From: a virus
Taxonomy: Duplodnaviria; Caudoviricetes
Strand: one strand, 5' to 3'
DNA length: 64,000 nucleotides
Virus record (IMG/VR): IMGVR_UViG_3300028624_000004
Location: 1 to 64,000 of that record
Shown here piece by piece: positions 28,182 through 37,613 of this stretch (the first letter of the stretch is position 1; every line of letters begins with the position of its first letter). The notes under the pieces were generated by a model. The model was not told the DNA's origin, searched no databases, and saw only the letters and a list, made by a program, of their open reading frames with translations. Both the position numbers and the translations under genes were made by a program.

Positions 28182-28709
28182 ATGACAGACTCCCCCGAGA
28201 AGCTATTTGAGCAAAAACTCAAAACCGAAGAAGTTAAACACGCTCAGTCGTTAATGGAAGCCCGCGCAATGGATTATGCCATTGTATGGGGTATCGCTAC
28301 CAGATTCGCTAAGCCGTTCGAGCAGTGGAAAGCATTTAAGCTTGGTATCATTGACAAGGATGGTAACATTCTCCGTCCACTCAAGACACCAGCAGACAAT
28401 GATGCCTTTACGCCGCTTGACAACATCGTATGTCGCATAAAGAAGCTAGTCCCTAAGTACCTTTGGTACTTACTTTCGTTTTCTTATATCTTTCGTGGGT
28501 TTATAACCTACTCTGCTTATAAGGGATCATACTACCTTAACGAGAAGCACGATGTTGAGAAAATGCAGGAAGAGCTACTTATACTTGAAGAAAAGAAGCT
28601 GGCAATATGTCGAGCCAAAAAAGAAATGGACAGTATAATAAAGGGGAACAGCAAGTTTACAGAAGAAGAATTCTGGAGCTATGTTGCGAACCTTAGAGAC
28701 GAGGAATAA
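28182..28709 (+). CDS. Conserved T4-like hypothetical protein
   Basis: KPFEQWKAFKLGIIDKDGNIL...AFTP motif, recognised from T4-like phage hypothetical proteins. Confidence 0.6.
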   Translation: MTDSPEKLFEQKLKTEEVKHAQSLMEARAMDYAIVWGIATRFAKPFEQWKAFKLGIIDKDGNILRPLKTPADNDAFTPLDNIVCRIKKLVPKYLWYLLSFSYIFRGFITYSAYKGSYYLNEKHDVEKMQEELLILEEKKLAICRAKKEMDSIIKGNSKFTEEEFWSYVANLRDEE

Positions 28710-29336
28710 ATGAGCAAAGACAACTTGTTCAGTAAAGAAGACATCATGGAAACCCCAGAAGATGTCTTCGAAAAGGATAAAAGCTATCGTAAGAAAGTCA
28801 ATGGCTGTCGCAAGGGTAAGACTTTTGAAAGGTCTATATGCGATGATTTAACTAAAAGATTTGGTGGTGTATTCCGTCGAGTTCCTACTTCCGGAGCTAT
28901 GGTTGGTGGTATAAACCGATTCAAATACGCTGAAATAAATGAAGCAGCTAAGATGACCCTTGCGGGTGATATAATCACTCCCACAGAATTTCCACTTGTA
29001 ATCGAATGCAAGAATTACTACGACAGTCCCAAACTTCATAATCTTCTATCAATAGGAGACAAAGAGCTTGATGGGTGGATATCTCAGGCTAAAGGTGAAT
29101 CTGAATTTGTAAAAAAGGATTGGGTTATTATATTTAAGATAACCGCCCTTCGTGGAAAGACATTTGTGACCCTAGATAAAAAGAGATTTCTTTCATTAAA
29201 CGAGATATTTACAGAATCTCATATACGATACAAGAGTAACATAATCATGGATTATGACCTATTCTTCGAAAAATATATAGGAGTATACTTTGAGTCCTAT
29301 AAAAAAGACAAGGCAACTACTCCAATTGTTGTATAA
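28710..29336 (+). CDS. Holliday junction resolvase (Hjc-like PD-(D/E)XK)
   Basis: KGKTFER, RVPTSGA, GDII, IECKNY. Confidence 0.82.
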   Translation: MSKDNLFSKEDIMETPEDVFEKDKSYRKKVNGCRKGKTFERSICDDLTKRFGGVFRRVPTSGAMVGGINRFKYAEINEAAKMTLAGDIITPTEFPLVIECKNYYDSPKLHNLLSIGDKELDGWISQAKGESEFVKKDWVIIFKITALRGKTFVTLDKKRFLSLNEIFTESHIRYKSNIIMDYDLFFEKYIGVYFESYKKDKATTPIVV

Positions 29337-29364
29337 ATACTATTAGTAACAGGAGCAAACGACT

Positions 29365-29823
29365 ATGACTACCCCATCTAATAAAGAACTTTTCGCTCGT
29401 TTTCAGAAGATCAACGAAGGTGTGATAAACGAGAGTGGTCCTGAAGATAATTCTGGATTTAAGACAGGCGAAGCCGTTGGGAAACTTTCAAAAGACGATC
29501 ATTCCAAGCCAGTAACTCGTACAAGAGATCCTGGTGTTAAGGATGCTCCACAGGAATTCGACGCAAAGGATAAGAAACTTGACACTGATGGTGGTCATGA
29601 GCGTAAGCCTGGAGCAACCGAGTCTCCAGATAAGTTTGAGGGGTCAGAAAAGACTGTAAACGATAAGACAGATCAAGAGCGCACCCAGAATGCACTTGGT
29701 AAAGCACCTGTTGCAAAGGGAGCAGCAAAGTCCTTTGCTGATTTCCGCGATACTATTCGTGCTAAGATGGGATTGCCACTTGATGACAAGCTCAACAAGG
29801 GTAACGACGGGAAGATCCACTAA
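29365..29823 (+). CDS. Hydrophilic late protein, paralog 1 (possible internal head protein)
   Basis: Own TATAAATA (29332-29339); shares GLPLDDKLNKGNDG with the next gene. Confidence 0.7.
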   Translation: MTTPSNKELFARFQKINEGVINESGPEDNSGFKTGEAVGKLSKDDHSKPVTRTRDPGVKDAPQEFDAKDKKLDTDGGHERKPGATESPDKFEGSEKTVNDKTDQERTQNALGKAPVAKGAAKSFADFRDTIRAKMGLPLDDKLNKGNDGKIH

Positions 29824-29868
29824 TTTATTAATCTAGATTTATAAATACATTCACAGGAGAAACATAAC

Positions 29869-30408
29869 ATGAAGAGTGACCTCAAGAGCCTTAAGGCAGA
29901 ATTAAAGAAGATTAACGAAGAGGAAAAGTCAGGTCCAGTAGGTGATGGTAAGGTTGACGGCGCTCCTGGCGTTCCAGAAGGTGGCGGTCCCGAAGCCAAC
30001 AAGGGATTCAAGGCTGGAAAGCCAGTTGGATTCTTGTCAAAGGACACAAACTCCAAGCCTGTTCAAAAGGTAGCTAGAGCAGAAGGAGTAAAGGAAGCTC
30101 CAAAGGAATTCAAACCAGAAAATCCAGAGATGAAGGGCGCAAAGGCTACTGTTAAGCCGGTTGCTCGTGAAGCTGGCGCTTCGGCTGGTGTTAAGGAGAC
30201 AGGCAAGGGAGATAAGAACATTGGATCTAAGGAAGCTGTAGAAAAGGCACAACCAGTTGGTCGTGATTCCGGTTCTTCCGCTGGTGCTAAGGAAGTTGGA
30301 GAATATGGTGATCTAACCAAGTTCCGTTCCAAGGTTCGTAGCGCATTTGGTCTTCCTCTTGATGACAAGCTCAACAAGGGCAATGACGGACTCAACAAGA
30401 AGTCATAA
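29869..30408 (+). CDS. Hydrophilic late protein, paralog 2 (possible internal head protein)
   Basis: Own TATAAATA (29840-29847); shared motifs with 29365-29823. Confidence 0.7.
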   Translation: MKSDLKSLKAELKKINEEEKSGPVGDGKVDGAPGVPEGGGPEANKGFKAGKPVGFLSKDTNSKPVQKVARAEGVKEAPKEFKPENPEMKGAKATVKPVAREAGASAGVKETGKGDKNIGSKEAVEKAQPVGRDSGSSAGAKEVGEYGDLTKFRSKVRSAFGLPLDDKLNKGNDGLNKKS

Positions 30409-30434
30409 GTTGTCAAATTAATACAAGATAAGAA

Positions 30435-30486
30435 CAAACCCAAGTCAAAAGCTTGGGTTTGACTTTTTATATAAACGATGTAAAAT
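30435..30486 (+). promoter_or_regulatory. Terminator-like hairpin overlapping a sigma70-type promoter for rnh
   Basis: CAAACCCAAG/CTTGGGTTTG stem plus T run; TTGACT (30459-30464), 16 nt spacer, TAAAAT (30481-30486). Confidence 0.6.
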
Positions 30487-30492
30487 AAACCA

Positions 30493-31383
30493 ATGAAGCA
30501 CCTTCTCATTGATTTCTCGTTAATTGCACATGCATCTCTCTTCACTACAAAAGAACAACTTAATCACGGTGGTTACGATCTACTTAAGCATATACTTTAC
30601 AGAAGTATATTAGCAAGTATAAGTCAGTTTAAACCCGATAGAGTGTGGGTATGCTATGACGGTGGATCATCGTGGCGTAAGGAGTTTTCGGCATCATATA
30701 AAGCTAACCGCAAGGAAGTCAGAGAGAAACAATCAGTTGATAGTGGCGGTGATATAAATTGGGAAGCTTTCTATAAAGTACTGGATGATATGCAGAAAGA
30801 AATGAGAGAAAACTTTCCATTTTGGGTGATACGGGTTAATACCATAGAAGCAGACGACATCATACATTATATAGTAAAAAACTCTTCGCCCCATGACGAA
30901 AATATCATCGTTACTCGTGATGGAGATTATGTTCAATTGCTTTATTATCCAAACACTAAAATTTACAATCCCATAGATCGTAAGTATATAACATGTGACA
31001 ATCCTATATTTGCATTACAGCAAAAGATTTGCATGGGTGATAAGTCTGATAATATATTACCCATTAGACCTCGTTTCGGTGAGAAGACCGCTGAAAAGTA
31101 TATCTTAGCAGGAGAACTTGATAAACTTCTAGAACAGGCTCAAAAAGATATCAAAGAAGTCGGAAAGCCGAAAGACCCACTCGCTGAAGCATATTATAAG
31201 AATCGTAAGTTAATAGACATGACACAGATTCCACCAACGCTTACGAAGTTAATAGAAGAAGCCATTACCAACTATAAAGTAAGTGATGGTAAGGGACTTT
31301 TTAAGTATTTTATTACTAATGGTTTGCGTGAAATGACAGAGGACATCTCACGTATTAGGGGCGTTATTACAGGATTGACCTGA
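30493..31383 (+). CDS. rnh: T4 RNase H-like 5'-3' exonuclease/flap endonuclease
   Basis: LLIDFS, DGGSSWRK, YKANR, EADDII, TRDGDYVQL, GDKSDNI, GEKTA. Confidence 0.92.
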   Translation: MKHLLIDFSLIAHASLFTTKEQLNHGGYDLLKHILYRSILASISQFKPDRVWVCYDGGSSWRKEFSASYKANRKEVREKQSVDSGGDINWEAFYKVLDDMQKEMRENFPFWVIRVNTIEADDIIHYIVKNSSPHDENIIVTRDGDYVQLLYYPNTKIYNPIDRKYITCDNPIFALQQKICMGDKSDNILPIRPRFGEKTAEKYILAGELDKLLEQAQKDIKEVGKPKDPLAEAYYKNRKLIDMTQIPPTLTKLIEEAITNYKVSDGKGLFKYFITNGLREMTEDISRIRGVITGLT

Positions 31384-31849
31384 TATAAGTGTCTATTGTT
31401 TGCTCAGTTACAATGCGAAATGTCCACCCATTTTCCTCACATAACGCTATAGCCTTTTCCCATTTGGCTATATTTACAGCATAAGTCTCTGCCTCGTATT
31501 CGGCTAGTTTTTTTGATCTTCCCTTGCCCCATGGTAGGGGTTTTTTTGTTTGTTTAGCTGGTTTAATTTCAACCATTTCTACCCATGTTTTTTCTCCGTT
31601 CGTATATTTTATCAGAAAATCTGGATGGTAATTCCATACAATCTGTTTACCTTCTTGTAAAGTTCTAATCGGGTGTACATATGGTATAAGAGGTTGTTCA
31701 GATGTCCATTGAAGAACGTGCATAGAAGTATCAAGCGCCAACATGAGTTTTCTTTCTAAATTTGAGCGTGCTATTGGTAGGCTTGTTCCCACATATTTAG
31801 TCACATTTTTAGGAGAAAAAACTCTAATTTGGGGATAAGATTTCTTCAT
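31367..31849 (-). CDS. 4: Head completion nuclease gp4 (TnsA-like)
   Basis: KYVG, RSNLE, WTSE, YHPDF, EIKP, NIAKW, FRIVTE. Confidence 0.9.
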   Translation of the reverse strand: MKKSYPQIRVFSPKNVTKYVGTSLPIARSNLERKLMLALDTSMHVLQWTSEQPLIPYVHPIRTLQEGKQIVWNYHPDFLIKYTNGEKTWVEMVEIKPAKQTKKPLPWGKGRSKKLAEYEAETYAVNIAKWEKAIALCEENGWTFRIVTEQTIDTYIRSIL

Positions 31850-32714
31850 TAAATTTCCTTATATTTTCATAAAGTTCATCAATAGTTATATCGCAATGAT
31901 GATGTTTTCTTAGATTCTCTTTATAAGTTTTCATACATAGATTTGCTGGATGGGATATTATATCAAGCGGTACGTTATTTAAAAAACCATATAAAATACT
32001 AATTTTATGATCTATATGGTATTCTATATTTCCTCTTCTATAGCCATTTGGATTTATTATATTAATGTATTTCTTATATGATGATAGAGACATACTTCTA
32101 GCTTTAGATTCATATACATCATATTCGTCTCTGTCTTCATACGAGGAACATATTCCTCTTTTTATCTTTGTATCAATTCTTCTTTTATTTACATTTTTAA
32201 TTTCTTCTTTTGAAGCTGTGTTATAGAAACTTGTTAAGTAAGAAACAATTTTTAATATAAACTTCTTTCTTTCTTCGCCTTCAAGCGAATTCAAATATCC
32301 AAATCGTTTAACTCGTTCTTCTTTTGTGAGAGAATTTAGGAACACTAGATAATTTTCATAACGCTTATTACGCCATTCTTTTAACTTTTCTTCGTCATTA
32401 TTTAATTCATTCCAAAAGTTAAACATCTTTGCTCTCATTTTCTCACAGAAAGACGCATATTTTTCTGGCTTCTGTTTTAATATTCTTCTTTTTAAAATAC
32501 AACTACATTTATATCCACATGTGTCACGATACCCCTTAGAAATATTTAAAAATTTAGTATCCCTACCGCATATTTGACACTTACCATCTGATTCTGTTTT
32601 TATATGTTTGTCGTAATATTCCTTAATAAATTTATAATGCTTATCTCTAACATGTTTTGAGAGTTTTCTAAAAGACATAAAATCCTTTTGACAGCATTTA
32701 CATTTCATTAACAT
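31824..32714 (-). mobile_element. Free-standing HNH homing endonuclease
   Basis: N-terminal Zn fingers; C-terminal YHIDHKIS...HPANL...ENLRK; late promoter at 32728-32735 (-). Confidence 0.8.
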
Positions 32715-32786
32715 TTTCTCCTATTGATATTTATATGAAAAAAGAGTTATGAATGAAAATATTCTAACGATATAATAAATAAGAAT

Positions 32787-33398
32787 ATGCGTAAACAAAT
32801 TCCATTCATAAAAAAAGAGACATTCCCTGGTGGAGTTCGTGATTTAATTGACAGAAAACCAGAAGGAGATAAACCAACTGGACCGGATCTTGATAAAGGT
32901 AAAAATATAGACCTTGGTGATATTCTATCTTTTCAGTACATTGGGAGAGAAGTGTTAGACGGGGAAATAAAAAACAAAAATGCCGAAGTCAAACCTAATG
33001 ACAGAGTAGTTCTTAATCCTCTTATTGTTTTTGGTGGGTATGATACTTCGTCAAGATGCATCATGGGGGTTGACTTGAAAAGATTCAAGCTGGAAAAACA
33101 AACAGCAGGACTTACAGAAACACTCAGACTTCTAAGAAAATATTATTATTACTTAGAAGATGATAATGGAGTCAAGATTTGGAGAAAGAGAACATTTAAA
33201 GAAGTCCCATACAATAGCCCAATATCATTTCAGTATGACAATTTTGGATCAGGGTGGGGATCGGTGGGAAAGTTACTGACAAGGTATTTTAAATCATACA
33301 AACCACTTCTTATGCGCCAAGTTATTGTCATGCCACCAGATGTAGCCGAAATAGAATGTAACTCAACGGTCAGAACACTCCCTGGAAATGTCAAATAG
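32787..33398 (+). CDS. Hypothetical protein, possibly distant gp2 DNA end protector
   Basis: GDILSFQY...NPLIVF...MGVDL...FKSY spacing resembles gp2; lies close to gp4. Confidence 0.4.
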   Translation: MRKQIPFIKKETFPGGVRDLIDRKPEGDKPTGPDLDKGKNIDLGDILSFQYIGREVLDGEIKNKNAEVKPNDRVVLNPLIVFGGYDTSSRCIMGVDLKRFKLEKQTAGLTETLRLLRKYYYYLEDDNGVKIWRKRTFKEVPYNSPISFQYDNFGSGWGSVGKLLTRYFKSYKPLLMRQVIVMPPDVAEIECNSTVRTLPGNVK

Positions 33399-33431
33399 CC
33401 ATTCATATAAATAGAAAATAGGATTATACAT

Positions 33432-35129
33432 ATGCCGATTAGAAACTTTTTTGCGTTTGGAAATAGAGCTACTCCACAGATGCCGTCTGATATGTCAGCA
33501 CGCGAAAAGGAGCTATTGGTTAAAACTCGTAATACGATTTTTAATGCTTTGGACTCAGACAAGAACGAGACACGTGAAGACGCTATATCCAAGGCACCAG
33601 TTACCGATCTTCGTGATGTTGGACAGGCGGCTGGTGACTATTCAATGTTCGTCAATGTATTTTCCAAGTACATTTACTCAGTAGAAAGAGATAAAAGAAC
33701 TCGTGTATTGATATATCGTGAGATGTCAAAATATCCAGAAATAGCTTTTGCTGTTGATGAATATGTTGATGAAGCTATCAATGAGAATTCAGATGGAAAC
33801 TTCGCAGAGTTGCGAATAAGAAACGATGCTATACGTGAAAACGACAATCAGCGTAAGACTCTTATAGCTGAATTTAATCATCTTCTTTACGATGTTCTCA
33901 ACGCAGATAAACATGTAGCTCAGTGGTTCCGTGAGTTCATGATCGACGGTGAAATCTTCTTTGAGAAGATCATTGATAACAACGACGAAACAAAGGGTAT
34001 CGTCAAGGTCAAGCGTTTGATGACTACTCGCTGCTATCCAATCTGGAAAGATATTGAATCCGATGAGATTCTATTCTATTCGTATCAATCAGACGATTCG
34101 CAGTTGCTATCATTGCCTCGTGAGCAGATCGCCTATGCTAACTCTGGAAAATACGACTGGTCTAAAGAAGAGGACATGAAGCTATGTCTTTCTTTCCTTG
34201 AAGAAACAAAGACAACTTATAAGAGACTTAAGCTTCTTGAAGATGCTCTTGTTATCTATCGTATCGTCCGTGCGCCAGAACGTCGTGTATTTAAGATAGA
34301 TGTTGGAAATCTTCCAAAGGGAAGAGCCGATCAGTTCATGCAGGAGATGATAAAGAAGTATCGTCAGCGCAAGTTCTTCGATCCTAGCTCTGGTGATGTT
34401 TCAGAAGGTCTTGATATGATGGCAATGACCGAAGACTTCTGGTTTCCTGTATTCCAGAGCGGAAGATCTTCGGATGTCACTACTCTTCCCGGTGGTCAGG
34501 GGCTTGGCGAAATAGCAGACGTTGAATACTTCCGTAACAAGATGTATCAGGGACTTAAGATACCTAAGAGTCGTTTCGGAGAGGATAATAAATTCTCCAT
34601 TGGTGATACACAGGATATTACCCGTGAAGAAGTCAAGTTTGTGAAAGAGGTCAAGCGTTATACGGAAAGATTCTCAGAGGTATTCAAGAATATATTCCTT
34701 ACACATTTGCGTCTAAAGGGTATTGCTGAAGAATACGGCATAACCGAACAAGACATCAAGATTCATATGTTTGCCAACAACCTCTTCGAGAAGTTCCTAG
34801 AAGCCAAGGTTCTTGAGCTACGCTTCCAGAACTTCAGCAACTTCAAGGATCTTATCGACACTGAGAAGCCTCTCTTCTCGCGCAAGTGGGTCACAGAGAA
34901 GTTCCTCGAAATCACCGAAGAGGAATGGAAGAAGAATCAGGAGCTTCTTGCTGCCGAAAATATGGGCGGAGATGAAGAAGAGGGCGAAGGTGGAGGCGCT
35001 GGTGGTGGAGGATTGGGTAGCATGGGTGGAGACTTGGGTGGTGGGGATATGGGCGGCGACGAACCTTCAGCCGATGATGCTGGCGGCGATGGTGGAGATG
35101 ATGCCGGTGGCGATGAACCAGCTTTATAA
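33432..35129 (+). CDS. 20: Portal protein gp20
   Basis: YREMSKYPE, LEDALVIYRIVRAPERRVFKIDVGNLP, EDFWFP, TLPGG, LKIPKSR; late promoter at 33406-33413. Confidence 0.97.
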   Translation: MPIRNFFAFGNRATPQMPSDMSAREKELLVKTRNTIFNALDSDKNETREDAISKAPVTDLRDVGQAAGDYSMFVNVFSKYIYSVERDKRTRVLIYREMSKYPEIAFAVDEYVDEAINENSDGNFAELRIRNDAIRENDNQRKTLIAEFNHLLYDVLNADKHVAQWFREFMIDGEIFFEKIIDNNDETKGIVKVKRLMTTRCYPIWKDIESDEILFYSYQSDDSQLLSLPREQIAYANSGKYDWSKEEDMKLCLSFLEETKTTYKRLKLLEDALVIYRIVRAPERRVFKIDVGNLPKGRADQFMQEMIKKYRQRKFFDPSSGDVSEGLDMMAMTEDFWFPVFQSGRSSDVTTLPGGQGLGEIADVEYFRNKMYQGLKIPKSRFGEDNKFSIGDTQDITREEVKFVKEVKRYTERFSEVFKNIFLTHLRLKGIAEEYGITEQDIKIHMFANNLFEKFLEAKVLELRFQNFSNFKDLIDTEKPLFSRKWVTEKFLEITEEEWKKNQELLAAENMGGDEEEGEGGGAGGGGLGSMGGDLGGGDMGGDEPSADDAGGDGGDDAGGDEPAL

Positions 35130-35142
35130 AGGAAACTAATAT

Positions 35143-35694
35143 ATGCCATTTGGAATAGAAAAATCTGGAGAGAAATGGAAAGTAGTCAACAAGCATACTG
35201 GTAGGGTGCTTGGGACGCATGGCAGCGAGGAAGATGCTAAAAAGCAGCTTGCTGCTGTTCAGATAAACTACAAGAAGGAATCTATAAATGAATCCAACGA
35301 GCTTATCATGAAGCTCCACTATGAAAAGAAGATTGATCTTGGTGCGTTGGAATCTTTCTGGAAAGAAGCCGTTTCTCGCCAAGAAAATTACGGAAAGACA
35401 GCAGAAGAAAAAGATAAATCACACCCCAAGTTCTGGAAGGGTGTAAAGGCGTATTTCCAGAAACTCGTAGACAGTGTTGATGTACAAGAAGCTAAGGAGA
35501 TTATTATGAATAGAGATAAATTCAACGAAACAACCAATGAATACTTGGATGCTTTACAAAGTGATAACTATGTGAAGGCAAAAGAGTTATTCCCTAAGAT
35601 TGTCGATGCAAAGCTGCAATCCATGATAAACAAGCGTGGAAAGGCGTTCCTTCAGCAGATGAATAAGCAACAGAAAGATACAACCAAGAAATAA
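35143..35694 (+). CDS. Prohead core-like protein (gp67/68 position)
   Basis: Lies between portal and protease; helical; contains INE motifs. Confidence 0.5.
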   Translation: MPFGIEKSGEKWKVVNKHTGRVLGTHGSEEDAKKQLAAVQINYKKESINESNELIMKLHYEKKIDLGALESFWKEAVSRQENYGKTAEEKDKSHPKFWKGVKAYFQKLVDSVDVQEAKEIIMNRDKFNETTNEYLDALQSDNYVKAKELFPKIVDAKLQSMINKRGKAFLQQMNKQQKDTTKK

Positions 35695-35731
35695 CGGATA
35701 TATTGTATAAATATATCTATAAGAGGTTCAT

Positions 35732-36430
35732 ATGTATAAGCTTATTACTGAAGCAGCCGCTCCAAACTTTGATGGAATCGAAAAGATTGTTGAGGCTGTT
35801 GACGCCGAAGGTCAAAAGCAACATTACATAGAAGGTATCTTCATTCAGACTGAAAAGAAGAACCGTAATGGTCGCATATATCCAAAGCAACTCATGGAGA
35901 AGTGCGTTGAAGCTTATATGGCTGATCGCATGCAGAATCCTAAGAGACTCCGTACATTTGGAGAACTTGGACACCCAGAAGGAATCGAAATAAATCTTCA
36001 CAGATCCTCCCACCTTATCACCGAACTAAAATGGGCAGGAAACGATGTATATGGAAAGGCAAGACTTATTGACACTGAGTATGGAAGAGTAGCAAAGTCT
36101 ATTCTTCTTGCTGGTGGACAACTTGGAGTTTCATCTCGTGGTCTTGGAAATGTAAAAGAAGCAGTGGGCGCAGATAACTCGGCTCTCGTTAATGAATATG
36201 AACTTATTGCAGTTGATATAGTTGCCGACCCATCAGCACCAGATGGTTTTGTGGATGGAATCATGGAATCTGTGGAGTATATAAAAGTCGGCGGAAGCTA
36301 CACGGCAAGGTCATTAAGGCGATCAGAGTCGGCTTTTAGTAAACTAAAAGAATCGCTTGAGACTCTTCCCAAGCATGAAAAAGATGCTTATGTCGTTGAA
36401 TGTGTAAAAAAGTTTCTTGCGGACATATAA
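35732..36430 (+). CDS. 21: Prohead protease gp21
   Basis: IEGIF, KNRNGRIYP, GELGHP, GVSSRGLG, DIVADPSAP; late promoter at 35706-35713. Confidence 0.97.
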   Translation: MYKLITEAAAPNFDGIEKIVEAVDAEGQKQHYIEGIFIQTEKKNRNGRIYPKQLMEKCVEAYMADRMQNPKRLRTFGELGHPEGIEINLHRSSHLITELKWAGNDVYGKARLIDTEYGRVAKSILLAGGQLGVSSRGLGNVKEAVGADNSALVNEYELIAVDIVADPSAPDGFVDGIMESVEYIKVGGSYTARSLRRSESAFSKLKESLETLPKHEKDAYVVECVKKFLADI

Positions 36431-36468
36431 ATCGTTATAAATACTATTAGCATTAGGAGATATTGCTT

Positions 36469-37569
36469 ATGAGCAAAACAGCGATAATGGAACATCTACA
36501 GAAGGCACTCGGAGAATCACTCTCTGAAGAAGCTGCAACCCAGATCGGATCATATCTTGATACGCTCGTAAACGACCGCGCAGCAGCAGCAACACTCGAC
36601 GCTTCAACAAAGCTCGAAGCTGTTACCAAAGAGGTCACAGAACTTAAGCAGAAGATCGCAGAGCAAGAGAAGGCATTCCAAGCGGAAGCCGAAGCTTTTG
36701 CTGGTGAACTCGCTGAAGCATTCAAGAAGAAGGAAGACATCCTCTTCGAAGAGCTTGAGAACTACAAGAGTGAGACACTCAAGGTAGTTGAACAGACTGC
36801 TACTGAATATCGCGCTCAAGTTGAGCAGATGGTAGAGCAGGTTGCTGACGAGTACAAGACGGGAATGGATAAGTACCGTGAGAGTCTCGAATCAGTCATG
36901 GCTGAAGAAGCCTCAAATTTCAGAAAGCAGCAAGAGGCGGCTCTTGCTAAGGACGTTAAAGCATACCGTGAAGATTTGCTAGAGAAGCTCGACAAGTATC
37001 TTGAGTCGCAGCTTACCGAAGCAATTCCATCGGAAGTTATGGAAGCCGCTGTTAAGGCAAAAGCCTATGAAGGTCTTGTCCAGGGAATGGTAGAAACATT
37101 CTCCAAGAACTACATAAAGCTTGATTCGACTGGCTACGAGGCTTTGAAAGAAGCCAAGAAGGAGAACGAATCACTCGCTGAAAACTTTAATGCAAAAGTG
37201 AAAGAAGCAGTCACTTTGACTGCCAAGGTTAGAGAACTCGAAAAAGAGGTCAAGATAACCAAATTGACCGAGGGTATGACCCAAGCACAGAAGCAACGCG
37301 CTCACAAGTTACTTGAGAGTGCCACTGCTGCTGATGTAGAGCGTAAGTTTGATGCTGTCAAGGATTTCATAATCAAGGAAAGCGTCAAGCCAACCACTCC
37401 TGTTATAAATGAGTCAAAAGCTCGCCCACAGCAGAAACAGGTCGTAACCGAAGCCGCTCAGAAGCAGATTCAAGTTATTGAGGAAGCAGTTTCCTCCGCT
37501 GCAACTGGTGGCAACGATCAGATGGGAACTTGGAAAAAGAACCTTGATCGTATGAATCGTAGAATCTAA
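36469..37569 (+). CDS. 22: Prohead scaffold/core gp22
   Basis: E/K/A-rich coiled coil between gp21 and gp23; AGGAGA SD; late promoter at 36436-36443. Confidence 0.88.
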   Translation: MSKTAIMEHLQKALGESLSEEAATQIGSYLDTLVNDRAAAATLDASTKLEAVTKEVTELKQKIAEQEKAFQAEAEAFAGELAEAFKKKEDILFEELENYKSETLKVVEQTATEYRAQVEQMVEQVADEYKTGMDKYRESLESVMAEEASNFRKQQEAALAKDVKAYREDLLEKLDKYLESQLTEAIPSEVMEAAVKAKAYEGLVQGMVETFSKNYIKLDSTGYEALKEAKKENESLAENFNAKVKEAVTLTAKVRELEKEVKITKLTEGMTQAQKQRAHKLLESATAADVERKFDAVKDFIIKESVKPTTPVINESKARPQQKQVVTEAAQKQIQVIEEAVSSAATGGNDQMGTWKKNLDRMNRRI

Positions 37570-37613
37570 CATTCACACATTAAACAACCATAACACACAA
37601 AGGAAACAAATTT

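Noticed and set aside
31367-31849. TnsA-like gene as evidence of a Tn7 transposon
   Set aside because: Motifs and context fit T4 gp4 head completion nuclease; no TnsB/TnsC genes or transposon ends are visible.
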